Origin: an uncultured bacterium
GTDB taxonomy: Bacteria; CAYJRR01
DNA: 49,420 bases
Assembly (NCBI GenBank): GCA_964372275.1
Contig: CAYJRR010000014.1
Span: 1 to 49,420 of the forward strand
Direction: 5' to 3'
The translations under genes were made by a program, and so were the position numbers. Below are positions 18,241-27,484 of this stretch, piece by piece. Numbering within the stretch: position 1 is the first letter of the stretch; the number at the start of each line of letters is the position of its first letter. The notes below the pieces were generated by a model that saw nothing but the letters and a program-made list of their open reading frames with translations, was not told the origin of the DNA and did not search any database.

Positions 18241-19025
18241 TTCGCCTTCTCCAGCGCGGCGGCGAGCACCCGGCGCCAGGCGACCTCCCCTTCGTAGCCG
18301 CGGCGCAGCTCGCCGACGCCGCGCGCGGTGACCAGCACCGACGCCGGAAAGTGGATCGCGATTCCGCGGAGGAGGAGCTCGTTCGACGCGAGCGGCTCCA
18401 GATCTCGGTCGGCAATCCCTTCGCGAAGTGCCGTTTCGCGCGCCAGCGAACGGACGGCGTTCGGGTCGAGAACCCCGACCACCTCGACCCCCATCGCGCG
18501 AGCGGCGGCCCGCGCCTCCTTCAGCCCGGCGACCGAGAGCGGCATGTGCGGCGACCAGGCGAAGACCAGCGTCGGGCGGCCGCTCGTGCGGATCCGTTCC
18601 AAGTCGGCGTCCTCGAAGCCGGCGTCGGGCGCACCTTCACCCCCTGGAGCGGCGTCGACGCGCAGCGTCCGACCGCACCCGCCGTCGAAGCGGACGGAGA
18701 CCACCGAGTCGGGGGCGCGTCGGGCGAGCTCGATCTCGGCCCCGTCGACCCGCACCGTCGTCCAGACGCCGATCGTCCCGGTCGGCGAGCCGTAGAACGG
18801 CTCGTCCGGGGAGAGCCGCGCGAAACGGAACGCGCTGCCCCACTCATTCAGCACGGTCAGCGCAGGCCAGAGGCACGGGGAGGCTTGGATCTCGGGGATG
18901 AGGTCAGAGCCGGCGGCCGCCGCCACGCCCGGATGCGCCGCGAGCAACGCCGCGACGACGAGGTGTGCGGATCGACAGGGGGGGATTGGGCGGACGCCCC
19001 CCGGGAGCGCGACGGCGCGGACCAT
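18237..19025 (-). CDS. Hypothetical exported protein with thioredoxin-like C-terminal domain lacking CXXC
   Basis: RPTLVFAWSPHMPLS ... VEVVGVLD ... HFPASVLV ... RRGY pattern; ATGA coupling to downstream gene; start uncertain. Confidence 0.55.
   Translation of the reverse strand: MVRAVALPGGVRPIPPCRSAHLVVAALLAAHPGVAAAAGSDLIPEIQASPCLWPALTVLNEWGSAFRFARLSPDEPFYGSPTGTIGVWTTVRVDGAEIELARRAPDSVVSVRFDGGCGRTLRVDAAPGGEGAPDAGFEDADLERIRTSGRPTLVFAWSPHMPLSVAGLKEARAAARAMGVEVVGVLDPNAVRSLARETALREGIADRDLEPLASNELLLRGIAIHFPASVLVTARGVGELRRGYEGEVAWRRVLAAALEKAK
18978..19023 (+). repeat. Double-hairpin dispersed repeat, copy H
   Basis: GGGGGGGATT-GGGCG-GA-CGCCC-CCCGGGA-GCGC-GACG-GCGC-GGACC; overlaps presumed 5' end of 18237..19025. 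Confidence 0.6.
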
Positions 19026-19086
19026 CCCGGAAAGTATACGTCGCGGCCGCCGCCCGGACGCCGGGGAGGACCGGAAGGTGGCGGAT

Positions 19087-19887
19087 TCAGGCGTGAAACA
19101 CGCGCGAGGCGACGATCCGCGCCTCCCGCGTGCGGCACGACACCGCGACGCGCGTCGTCGGCTCGCCGGCCACGACGCGGTCGTACTCGACGACGAACCG
19201 CTCCGGCGCGGTGGTGATCTGCCGCTCGTCGTAGCGCAGGCCCGGAAGCCGCGCGAAGGCCTCCTGCCACCAGTCCCGCAGCGCCGGTTTCCCGCGGAGC
19301 TCCGGGCCGCCGGCGCGCCCGCGAATCGGTCCGCCCTTCGGGCTCCCTCGGGGACTCCCCGAAACCCTGGGACTGGCGTGTGTCGCGTCCTCGGAGTAGA
19401 GCGAGAGCAGCCGGTCGAGGTCGCGCGCATTGAACGCGGCGAGCCAGGCGCGCGCCAATCCGACGTTGGGATCGGCGCCGCCGTGAAGCGCCATCCGTCC
19501 CAGCTCGCGCACGTTGATCGGACACTCCACCCGGCCCGGATCGTCGACCCATCGGTAGCGATCGAACTCCTCGTTGGCCGAAACGGCGTCGTTCTCGACG
19601 TCGGCGACGAAGGCGAAGTTCATGTGCAGCCCCTTCGAACCCGCGCGGTGCTCCTCGTAGCCCAGGTATCCGTCCGGCGTGCCGTCGATCTCCACGACGC
19701 GCCGGAACGATCCGACGAGCCCGGTCTCCTCGCGCAGCTCCCGGACGGCGGCCTCCGACGGCGTCTCCCCCGTCTCGATCTCGCCGCCCACCGGCAGCCA
19801 GGTGCCGAGACGCTTGTGCAGGATCAGCAGGATCCGCCCGCGATGGCGGGCGAAGACGGCGACGGAGAAGGCCCGGCGGTCGGACAT
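19087..19887 (-). CDS. NUDIX hydrolase fused to SnoaL/NTF2-like domain
   Basis: Nudix box GGEIETGETPSEAAVRELREETGL; C-terminal ARAWLAAFNARDLDRLLSLYSED...ALRDWW; start ATG 19887. Confidence 0.88.
   Translation of the reverse strand: MSDRRAFSVAVFARHRGRILLILHKRLGTWLPVGGEIETGETPSEAAVRELREETGLVGSFRRVVEIDGTPDGYLGYEEHRAGSKGLHMNFAFVADVENDAVSANEEFDRYRWVDDPGRVECPINVRELGRMALHGGADPNVGLARAWLAAFNARDLDRLLSLYSEDATHASPRVSGSPRGSPKGGPIRGRAGGPELRGKPALRDWWQEAFARLPGLRYDERQITTAPERFVVEYDRVVAGEPTTRVAVSCRTREARIVASRVFHA
19328..19367 (-). repeat. Double-hairpin dispersed repeat, copy B (inside NUDIX-SnoaL CDS)
   Basis: Minus strand GGGTT-TCGGGG-AGT-CCCCGA-GGGA-GCCC-GAA-GGGC-GGACC. Confidence 0.8.
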
Positions 19888-19946
19888 GACGCCCGTGGGC
19901 GTACCAGAATCGCGCCGATCCGCCAACGTTGTAGTCTCCCCTCCGC

Positions 19947-21125
19947 ATGGAGTTCGCGCCGATCGCCATCCAGCGCCGCGCCACCGCCCGCGTCCTCGCC
20001 GGGCACCCGTGGATCTACGCCAACGAAATCACGACCGACTTGAAGGCCTTCGAGCCGGGGCAGACGGTCGAGATCATCGATCCCGGGAAACACGCGCTGG
20101 GCGTCGGCTACGTCAATCCGCGCTCGCTGATCGCGGTGCGGCTCCTCGCGCGCGAACGGGTCCCGCTCGACGCGACGTTCTTCGCGGAACGCCTGCGGGC
20201 CGCCGACCGGCTGCGCACGCGCTTCCGGCCCGGGGCGACCAGCTACCGCCTCTGCTTCGGCGAGAGCGACGACCTTCCCGGCCTGGTGATCGACCGCTTC
20301 GACGATCTCTACGTCGTCGGCTCGCACGCGGCGGGGATCGACCGCCTGGCCGGGGCGATCGTCGAGGCGCTGGTCTCGTCGTTCGGGCCGCGGGGCGTTC
20401 TCCTCAAGTTCGACGCCTCCAGCCGCGCGCTGGAAGGGGTCGGCGCCCGGGTGGAGGTCGCGCACGGAGAGATCCCCGAGCGGGCCGAGGTCTCGATCGA
20501 AGGGGCGCGCTTCGCGCTCGACCTCCGCCGAGGGCAGAAGACCGGCTTCTTCCACGACCAGGCGGAGAACCGCGCGCTGCTCGCGCGGTGGTCGAACGGC
20601 GCGCGCGTGCTCGACGCCTTCTCCTACGTCGGCGCGTGGGGGATCGCCGCCGCGGTGGGAGGCGCGAGCGAGGTCTTGAGCCTCGACGCCTCGGCCGACG
20701 CGGTGGCCTGGGGCGCGCGCAGCGCCGAGCTCTCCGGCGTCGGGGACCGGGTGCGCTTCGAGAGAGCCGACCTGTTCGAACGCCTTCCTGCGCTCGAATC
20801 GGCCGGCCGCCGCTTCGACGTCGTCGTCCTCGACCCGCCCGCCTTCGTGAAGAGCCGCAAGCGTCTCGCGGAGGGGATGAAGGGCTACCGCGAAGTGAAC
20901 CGCCGTGGATTCGCGCTCACGCAGCCCGGCGGGATCCTCGCCACGTCCTCCTGCTCCCGTCACGTCACTCGCGAAGCGTTCCTCGGCGTTCTGCGGGCCG
21001 CCGCCGACGACGCCGGCCGCCGCGCGCGCGTCATCGCCGTCGGCCGTCAGGGGGCCGATCACCCGATCCACCTGGCGCTCCCCGAGACTGAATACCTGAA
21101 GTGCGTCTTCCTCGAAGTCCGGTGA
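19947..21125 (+). CDS. rlmI: RlmI-family class I SAM-dependent rRNA m5C methyltransferase
   Basis: GHPWIYANEI (PUA), ESDDLPGLVIDRF, GQKTGFFHDQAENR, VLDAFSYVG, VVLDPPAF, TSSCS, DHP...ETEYLK. Confidence 0.88.
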   Translation: MEFAPIAIQRRATARVLAGHPWIYANEITTDLKAFEPGQTVEIIDPGKHALGVGYVNPRSLIAVRLLARERVPLDATFFAERLRAADRLRTRFRPGATSYRLCFGESDDLPGLVIDRFDDLYVVGSHAAGIDRLAGAIVEALVSSFGPRGVLLKFDASSRALEGVGARVEVAHGEIPERAEVSIEGARFALDLRRGQKTGFFHDQAENRALLARWSNGARVLDAFSYVGAWGIAAAVGGASEVLSLDASADAVAWGARSAELSGVGDRVRFERADLFERLPALESAGRRFDVVVLDPPAFVKSRKRLAEGMKGYREVNRRGFALTQPGGILATSSCSRHVTREAFLGVLRAAADDAGRRARVIAVGRQGADHPIHLALPETEYLKCVFLEVR

Positions 21126-21153
21126 CCTGCCGATTGCATATCGATGGCTCATG

Positions 21154-21170
21154 TAGTATGGTTACCCATA
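21154..21170 (+). promoter_or_regulatory. -10-like hexamer with overlapping palindrome (probable VapBC operator)
   Basis: TAGTAT at 21154-21159; TATGG-TTAC-CCATA at 21157-21170 abutting the antitoxin start. Confidence 0.45.
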
Positions 21171-21415
21171 TGAAGACAACCGTCGAGATATCCGACCCTC
21201 TCCTCCAGGAGGCGAAGGTGGCGGCGGAGCGCGAGCGGACGACCCTGCGCGCTTTGGTCGAGGAAGGTCTCCGGCGGGTCCTCGGCGAACGGCGCACGCG
21301 GAAGGAGTTTCGACTTCGCAAGGCATCCTTCCGAGGCAAAGGGCTCCAGCCCGAGATCGGCGAGGGGTCCTGGGAGCGGATCCGCGACGCGATCTACGAG
21401 GGACGCGGCGGTTGA
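21170..21415 (+). CDS. vapB: Type II antitoxin VapB (RHH type)
   Basis: MKTTVEISDPLLQEAK...TTLRALVEEGLR; overlaps vapC start; alternative ATG at 21158. Confidence 0.88.
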   Translation: MKTTVEISDPLLQEAKVAAERERTTLRALVEEGLRRVLGERRTRKEFRLRKASFRGKGLQPEIGEGSWERIRDAIYEGRGG

Positions 21416-21846
21416 TCGCGGTCGACACCAACCTTCTCGTCTACGCCCACCGCGAGGACTCGCAGATGCACGAGCCGGCCCTGCGCCACGTTCGTGAGCT
21501 CGCCGAGGGCAGGTCCGCCTGGGCCATTCCATGGCCCTGCCTGCACGAGTTCGTGGCCATCGTCACGCACCCGCGGATCTACGCTCCGCCAACCCCCACG
21601 AGCCGGGCGACGGAGCAGGTCGATGCATGGCTCGAGAGCCCGGGCCTGTCTCTGCTCTTCGAATCGGAGGGGTACTGGCCGGCGTTACGCGGCCTCCTCG
21701 CTGCGAGCCGCGTCGTAGGACCCAAGGTGCACGACGCGCGGATCGCCGCTCTTTGCCTCCATCACGGCGTTCGCGAGCTGTGGACGGCCGACCGCGACTT
21801 CAGCCGCTTCCCCGCGCTAACCGTGCGCAATCCGCTCGTCGGCTAG
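21412..21846 (+). CDS. vapC: PIN-domain toxin VapC
   Basis: IAVDTNLLVYA, PCLHEF, VHDARIAA, WTADRDFSRF. Confidence 0.93.
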   Translation: MIAVDTNLLVYAHREDSQMHEPALRHVRELAEGRSAWAIPWPCLHEFVAIVTHPRIYAPPTPTSRATEQVDAWLESPGLSLLFESEGYWPALRGLLAASRVVGPKVHDARIAALCLHHGVRELWTADRDFSRFPALTVRNPLVG

Positions 21847-23570
21847 GAACGCCCTCGGCGCGCGAGACGCCGTTCGAGGCGCGCCGTCGTGCGCTCCTTG
21901 AGCGCCTCCTTCATCACCTTTCGATTGGCGTTCCGGGGGATCTCGTCGGCGGGAACGATCAGGATCGCGCGCGGCGCCTTGTAGGGGGCGATCGACGATC
22001 GCACCCAGGAGAGGAGCTCCTCTTCGCTCGCCCGCGTACCCTTCGCCAGCGCCACCACCGCCACCGGCACCGATCCCTTCGCCGGGTGCGGCATCCCGAA
22101 CACCGCCGCTTCGGCGACCGCCCGGTGCTCGCAGAGCTGTGCCTCCACCTCGGCGGGGAAGACCGAGTAGCCGCCATGCTTGATGACGTCCTTCTTGCGG
22201 CTGACGAAACCGATCAGACCGAATCGGTTCTTCCGGGCCAGATCGCCGGTTCGGAACCAGCCGTCGGCGGTCGCGGCCCGCGTGGCGTCGGGATCGCGGT
22301 CGTAGCCGCGCGTCACGCCGGGGCCTCGGATCAGAAGCTCTCCCACCTGACCCGCCGGTGCCGTCTTGCCCCGTTCGTCGACGACCCGCACCCGGTACGG
22401 CGGGATCGGGATCCCGACCGCCGACTGTCCGTCGCGGGCGACCGCCTCGCGCAGCCCCGGAATGCGCGCCGCCAGCCGCCCGGCGGCGGAACGGATCGGC
22501 GACGCGGCGACGATCGCGCGTTTCGTGAGGGGACCGACCGGTGACGGGGGCGTGAACTTCAGGATCGCCGGTCCGGAGATCTCGACCATGCCGTACACCT
22601 CGGCGAACGCGGCGCCGAACAGCGGCTGACCGAACGGCGATTGGAGCGAGCAACCGAGCGATCGGAATCGCGCCACCAGCGGCGGCGGCATCGCGTCGGC
22701 GCCGCTCGCCCAGAGCTTGACCGAACGGAGGTCGTGCCCCTCGGGATCGGCCTCGGCCAGACGCGCGTACATCGCCGGCACGCCGACGAACCAGGTCGCG
22801 CGCTCGTCCGCCAGCGCACGCAACACCGTCCGCGGCTCGAAGTCGGCGAACCACCGGACGCGAGAGCCCGCGAGCAGCGCGCAGAGGAAGGTCGCCAGAC
22901 CCATCACGTGCGCCATCGGCAGGGCGCAGACGCCGCGCTCCTCCCGCGCGTCGGGGACGAGCGCCGCCAGCCTCGCCACCGCGAGCAGCGATCGGCTGGT
23001 GAGCGTCGCCCCCTTCGCGCGGCCGGTGGTGCCCGAGGTGTAGAGGATCACCGCCGGTTCGTCGGGGGCGATCGACGCGGCGGGCAACGCCGATCCGCGC
23101 GCCGAGGCAAGGTCGAGATCCCCTCCGGGCCCGGCGACGACGGTGGTGACGCCGGCGCGGCGCACGGCGACCCGTGGATCGGCGATCAACACCCGAGCCC
23201 CCGCGCGGCGGACGAACGACTCCACTTCGGGCGGCGTCAGGTGGTGATGCAGCGGCACCGCCACCGCCCCGGCGCGCACCACGGCGAAGATCGACAGGGC
23301 GTAGTCGATCCGGTTTTCGGCGCAGATCGCCACGCGGTCGCCGGGGCGGAGGCCGAGCGCGCGCAGCCCCCCCGCGAGGCGGGCCACGACCTCGAGAAGG
23401 TCGACGTAGGAGAGCTCGCGTCCGGTAAGCACGTGCAGGCGAAGCGGGGGCTCACAGGCGACCGCCACCCGCCGCCCGTACGCGGCCGCCAGCCGGTCGG
23501 GGAGGTCGGCCAGCGTCGTGCGCCCCGCCGCCAACCGCACCGCCTTCACCAGACCCAGCCGCCTCGCCAC
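21843..23570 (-). CDS. AMP-binding acyl-CoA ligase
   Basis: YTSGTTGRAKG, EVYGMVE, WFRTGDL, RKKDVIKHGG, RNANRKV. Confidence 0.92.
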   Translation of the reverse strand: MARRLGLVKAVRLAAGRTTLADLPDRLAAAYGRRVAVACEPPLRLHVLTGRELSYVDLLEVVARLAGGLRALGLRPGDRVAICAENRIDYALSIFAVVRAGAVAVPLHHHLTPPEVESFVRRAGARVLIADPRVAVRRAGVTTVVAGPGGDLDLASARGSALPAASIAPDEPAVILYTSGTTGRAKGATLTSRSLLAVARLAALVPDAREERGVCALPMAHVMGLATFLCALLAGSRVRWFADFEPRTVLRALADERATWFVGVPAMYARLAEADPEGHDLRSVKLWASGADAMPPPLVARFRSLGCSLQSPFGQPLFGAAFAEVYGMVEISGPAILKFTPPSPVGPLTKRAIVAASPIRSAAGRLAARIPGLREAVARDGQSAVGIPIPPYRVRVVDERGKTAPAGQVGELLIRGPGVTRGYDRDPDATRAATADGWFRTGDLARKNRFGLIGFVSRKKDVIKHGGYSVFPAEVEAQLCEHRAVAEAAVFGMPHPAKGSVPVAVVALAKGTRASEEELLSWVRSSIAPYKAPRAILIVPADEIPRNANRKVMKEALKERTTARLERRLARRGRS

Positions 23571-23628
23571 CCTGCATTCCTACCGCAAATCCGGGCGGTT
23601 CGACATTCGGTCGGCGCGGCCGTAGGGC

Positions 23629-23657
23629 GTGACGCGGTGTGTCGCAGGCTCTAGAAT
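23629..23657 (+). promoter_or_regulatory. Possible sigma70-type promoter for the hydrolase
   Basis: GTGACG-N17-TAGAAT, 8 nt before ATG 23666. Confidence 0.35.
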
Positions 23658-23665
23658 CGGGGGAG

Positions 23666-24559
23666 ATGGCGCTGCCCCCCCTTCATGGCGGTCCGTGGCT
23701 GGACCTGCTCATCAAGGACCCTCTGACATACGTGCGCCACGCCCTTCGAGGGAACTCGGCGAGCAACGAAGATTTTGCGCGCTGCACGCCGGACCGCCCG
23801 CCCGTCCTGTTGATCCACGGTTTCCTGGGGACGCGCGGCGCCCTCTACGTCCTGGAGAGACGTCTCCGCGCCGACGGGTTCCACGTCTTCTCCATCGACT
23901 TGGGCTCGCTGAACACGCAGGACATCCGCAAGTCGGCCTTCGAGATCCACCTCGCCGTCGAGCGGATCATGGAGGCGACCGAAGGCCGCGTGCGCCGGAT
24001 CGACGTCGTCGGCCATTCGATGGGCGGGCTGATCGCCTCCTACTACATCAAGTTCATGGACGGCGATGAGCACGTGCGGAAGCTCGTCACGCTCGGAACG
24101 CCGTACCACGGTACCTGGGCCAGTCTGATGGGGGTGGCGTGCCTGGGGGCGATCGCCTCCTCGATCTGGCAGATGCTCCCCGGATCCGAATTCCTTCGTA
24201 CGCTGAACGCCCAGGCGATGCCCTCGGTCGTGGAGTGGACGAGCGTCTGCGCCCGCTACGACGGTCTGTGCCCCCCCGAGACGACCTGGATCAGCCCCGG
24301 CTGCAACTACGAGCTGCCGCTCGGGCACGCGGGCCTGGTGCTCTCGGCCGACGTCTACCGGATCGTCAAGAAGGTGCTGCGCCGGGACCCGCAGCGGGCG
24401 TGGCGCACGCTCCACTTCCGCCTCGTCGACGGAAAGTGGCAGCGCGCCGCGCCCGCAAAGGCGACCGCCGACCGCCGCTCCCCGGAGTCGGTCGACCGAC
24501 GCCAGGGGGAGCGGCGTCGCGCGAACGGCCGGGACACGCGCCGCGGCGCGAAAAAATGA
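23666..24559 (+). CDS. Alpha/beta hydrolase, lipase/esterase type
   Basis: PVLLIHGF, VVGHSMGG (GxSxG), LGTPYHGT, D in RYDGLC, H in LGHAGL; alternative GTG start 23639. Confidence 0.9.
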   Translation: MALPPLHGGPWLDLLIKDPLTYVRHALRGNSASNEDFARCTPDRPPVLLIHGFLGTRGALYVLERRLRADGFHVFSIDLGSLNTQDIRKSAFEIHLAVERIMEATEGRVRRIDVVGHSMGGLIASYYIKFMDGDEHVRKLVTLGTPYHGTWASLMGVACLGAIASSIWQMLPGSEFLRTLNAQAMPSVVEWTSVCARYDGLCPPETTWISPGCNYELPLGHAGLVLSADVYRIVKKVLRRDPQRAWRTLHFRLVDGKWQRAAPAKATADRRSPESVDRRQGERRRANGRDTRRGAKK

Positions 24560-24643
24560 GGCCCCCCGGGGGTCGGCCGGGAGGCCTCGAAGCTTCCGGG
24601 GGGTCAAGCCGGAAGCCGGGGAGAGGATGGACGGTCGCGGGCT

Positions 24644-24685
24644 GGGGGTATGGGGGAGTCCCCCAGGGAGCGCGAAGCGCGGACT
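24644..24685 (+). repeat. Double-hairpin dispersed repeat, copy C
   Basis: GGGGGTA-TGGGGG-AGT-CCCCCA-GGGA-GCGC-GAA-GCGC-GGACT; abuts the stop of the small peptide gene. Confidence 0.85.
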
Positions 24686-24848
24686 ACCGCGGGGTGCCGA
24701 CGCTGGTGCTCGAGCTGCCGGTCGAGCCCGTGCCGGGCCGGCCGGTGGTGTTCGAGCCGCGACCGGTGTTCGAGCCGCAAGCGGCGAACGCGGAGAGGGA
24801 GAGCGAGGTAACGGCGACGACGGTCAAGAGTGCCAGGAACTTCTTCAT
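24684..24848 (-). CDS. 54-aa exported Gly/Ser/Thr-rich peptide
   Basis: GGAGG RBS, MKKFLALLTVVAVTSLSLSAFA signal peptide, upstream sigma54 site. Confidence 0.75.
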   Translation of the reverse strand: MKKFLALLTVVAVTSLSLSAFAACGSNTGRGSNTTGRPGTGSTGSSSTSVGTPR

Positions 24849-24890
24849 CTCTTCCTCCAGCGTGCAAGCCGATTGCTGTCTCCTCGAACG

Positions 24891-24906
24891 AGCAAACAAC
24901 CTGCCA
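24891..24906 (-). promoter_or_regulatory. sigma54 -24/-12 promoter
   Basis: TGGCAG-GTTGT-TTGCT with exact GG-N10-GC spacing, 42 nt before the ATG. Confidence 0.7.
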
Positions 24907-25041
24907 TCTTCTGCGCGCTCCGGCCGTTCGACCAACCACCGGACTTTGCAACCGACTTCTGTTCCGCCGGGAACACAGGCCCTGGAAACTTGACCCACCG
25001 ATGTCCCCGGTGGGTCGTCGCGATGGATTCATTCTATCCCA

Positions 25042-27465
25042 TCATTGAAGCCTCCGACGTACCTCGAACGACGCCCGGGCGACCCGGCCGCCGTCGTCGC
25101 TGACGACGAGCTCGTGGCGTCCGGGGGTTGGACGCCACCAGAGGCGCTCGTCGGATCGAACCGAGCCCACCAACTCCCCGTCGACGAACCAGTGAAGGAG
25201 GCCGTCCGCGCTCGACTCCGCTTCGAGCGGAATCTCCTGGTCGGCCGGGTCGACGCCGTCGAGCAGGAGCGCGACCTGACCCAGGACCGGGCTCACGATC
25301 TGCGGTGCCGTTCGGACGACGCCCCCGTGTTCGCACGAGGGATGCACGGCGGGCAGCTCCTCCACCGCGCGACGCTGGTCCTTGAGCCAACGGCGAACGC
25401 CGGCCGGCCAACGGACGAACGAACGACGGACGTAGTCGCGCCCTCCACGGCAGGCGGCGTTGAGCGCCAGACCGCTCTCGCGCTCGACGTCGACCTCGAC
25501 GTGGAAGGGGCAGGTCGCGGTCGGCACGGAGGTGCGGCGCGCGGGCGCAATCCGCCGCTCGCCGCAGGCCGCGTTCGGCGGGTGGCCGGAGTAGGCGCAG
25601 ACCTCGATCGTCGTCAGGTCGGCGGGGGCGCGCGCGCGTTGGGGGGGACGGCCGCGGTCGGCCACCGCCTCCAGGAGGTCGAACAGGATCGGGCCGGCCG
25701 CCTCCGAGCCTGTCAGTTCGACGCTGGCGGCGTTGTCGAGATTCCCGGTCCAGACGATTGCGGTGTAGCGCGGTCCCGAACCGGCCGCCCAGGCGTCGCG
25801 GTGGCCGAAGCTGGTTCCCGTCTTCCAGTGCACGTCCGCCGGCAGTCCGGAGAGCCGACGCCGCGCCGGAAAGTCCGGCCGGTCGCGGATCTCCAGCGCC
25901 TGGCGCGTGAGCCACGCGGCTCCGGGCGAGAAGACCTCGCCACCGCCCGGAGACTCGCTCCCAGGGCGGTCGCCGCGGGTGACCGGCTCGTCGACGACGG
26001 TGGAGAGTTCCCGGTGATCGCCGCCGCGGGCGAGCGTCGCGTAGAGGCCGGCGAGCTCGAACGGCGTGACCTCCAGCCCGCCGACCGCCGCCGACAGACC
26101 GTAGTGGCCGGGCTCGGAAACCAGGCTCGTCACCCCCATTCGACGAAGCGACGCGAGGAACGACTCCGTCCCCTGATCGCGGAGGAGGCTCACGAACGGG
26201 AGGTTGAGCGATCGCGACAACGCGTCCTCGAGCGTGACCAACCCCTCGAACGATCCGTCGAAGTTCCGCGGGGCGTAGGTGCCGTAGACCGCCGGGACGT
26301 CGGGAACGAGAAAGCCTGGCAGTGCCGATCCGCGGTCGATCGCGGCGGCGTAGAGGAACGGCTTCAATGCCGAGCCCGGACTGCGCGGGACGGCGAAGGC
26401 GGCGATCTGGCCGCCGTGGTCGGCATCCCAGAAGTCGAAGCCGCCGACCAGCGCGCGCACCTGTGCCGCGCCGTGGTCGACGAGGACCACCGCCGCGTTG
26501 TGGATGCCGCGCCGCGCGTACTCATCCCGAAGCCCGGCGATCGTCCGCTCGGCCAACGCCTGGGCTCCGCGATCCAGGGTGCTGCGGATCCTCGTGCGGC
26601 CGGGATGGCGCGCGCGAAGCCAGACCGCGGCGTGCGGCGCGGCACGAGGGAACGCCTGGAGCGAAACCGGAACGGGCGTCCCCCGCACGCCGCGCAGCGT
26701 CACCTCCGGCGGGACCCGTGGCGAGGCCAACCGTGCTTCGAGCGAAGGCGACCGACGCCCCGAAGCGGCGCCCGCGCGCGCCGAACCGTCGCGCAGCGCC
26801 CCTTGCGCCAGAAGCCGTTCGGCGATCCCGTTCCGCGCCTCTTCGAGGCGCGCGGCGTTCGCCGCGCTCGGAAATCGACGGTTCGGGTTCTGCGGCACGG
26901 CGAGAAGGGTGGCGATCTCGGCCGGGCTGAGCGAGGTCGCGCGATGACCGAAGTAGGCGAGTGACGCCGACTCGATCCCCTCCACGTTCCGGCCGTAGGG
27001 GACGAACTGAAGGTAGGCGGTCAGGATCTCATCCTTCGACATGCGTGCCTCGAGCTGCAGCGCACGGAACGACTCGATCAGCTTGGTGCGGAGCGTCCTC
27101 GGGCGCGGCTCGAGCACGCGGTCCAGCTGCATGGTGATCGTCGACCCGCCGGAGACCCGCCGCCCGGACAGGAGATTGGTGAACGCCGCGCGGGCGATGG
27201 CGATCGGATCGATCCCCGGATGCCAACGGAACCGCCGGTCCTCGAGCCGGATAAGAGCCTCGACGTACGCCGGATCGACCTGATCGAGCGCCACCGGCGC
27301 GCGCCACTTCTCGTCCGGCGAGAGGAAGACGTGCGCCGTCGATCCGTCGCGGAACTCCACGACGGTCGACGGCGGCTCCGACAGGCGCGCCGGCAGGGGG
27401 ACGAGGTAGATGGAGAGGACCAGCGCGACCAGCGGAATCGCGATCGCCAGCGCCAGCCTCCTCAC
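25042..27465 (-). CDS. pbpC: Penicillin-binding protein 1C
   Basis: EDRRFRWHPGID, SGGSTITMQ, RSPGSALKPF, SLN, WKTGTSFGHRDAW, C-terminal HWFVDG domain; GTG 27465 preceded by GGAGGAGG. Confidence 0.93.
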   Translation of the reverse strand: MRRLALAIAIPLVALVLSIYLVPLPARLSEPPSTVVEFRDGSTAHVFLSPDEKWRAPVALDQVDPAYVEALIRLEDRRFRWHPGIDPIAIARAAFTNLLSGRRVSGGSTITMQLDRVLEPRPRTLRTKLIESFRALQLEARMSKDEILTAYLQFVPYGRNVEGIESASLAYFGHRATSLSPAEIATLLAVPQNPNRRFPSAANAARLEEARNGIAERLLAQGALRDGSARAGAASGRRSPSLEARLASPRVPPEVTLRGVRGTPVPVSLQAFPRAAPHAAVWLRARHPGRTRIRSTLDRGAQALAERTIAGLRDEYARRGIHNAAVVLVDHGAAQVRALVGGFDFWDADHGGQIAAFAVPRSPGSALKPFLYAAAIDRGSALPGFLVPDVPAVYGTYAPRNFDGSFEGLVTLEDALSRSLNLPFVSLLRDQGTESFLASLRRMGVTSLVSEPGHYGLSAAVGGLEVTPFELAGLYATLARGGDHRELSTVVDEPVTRGDRPGSESPGGGEVFSPGAAWLTRQALEIRDRPDFPARRRLSGLPADVHWKTGTSFGHRDAWAAGSGPRYTAIVWTGNLDNAASVELTGSEAAGPILFDLLEAVADRGRPPQRARAPADLTTIEVCAYSGHPPNAACGERRIAPARRTSVPTATCPFHVEVDVERESGLALNAACRGGRDYVRRSFVRWPAGVRRWLKDQRRAVEELPAVHPSCEHGGVVRTAPQIVSPVLGQVALLLDGVDPADQEIPLEAESSADGLLHWFVDGELVGSVRSDERLWWRPTPGRHELVVSDDGGRVARASFEVRRRLQ

Positions 27466-27484
27466 CCTCCTCCCTCCCCTCACC

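Noticed and set aside
24561-24605. GC hairpin after the hydrolase as a ninth repeat copy
   Set aside because: Lacks the hairpin-linker-hairpin layout; more likely an unrelated terminator-like stem
24684-24848. Small peptide as a RiPP precursor
   Set aside because: N-terminus is a Sec/lipoprotein signal rather than a RiPP leader, and no maturation enzymes are nearby
2487-26768. CGCCCCGAAGCG seen near 2487, 11012 and 26756
   Set aside because: A 12-mer that can recur by chance at this GC content; flanks do not align
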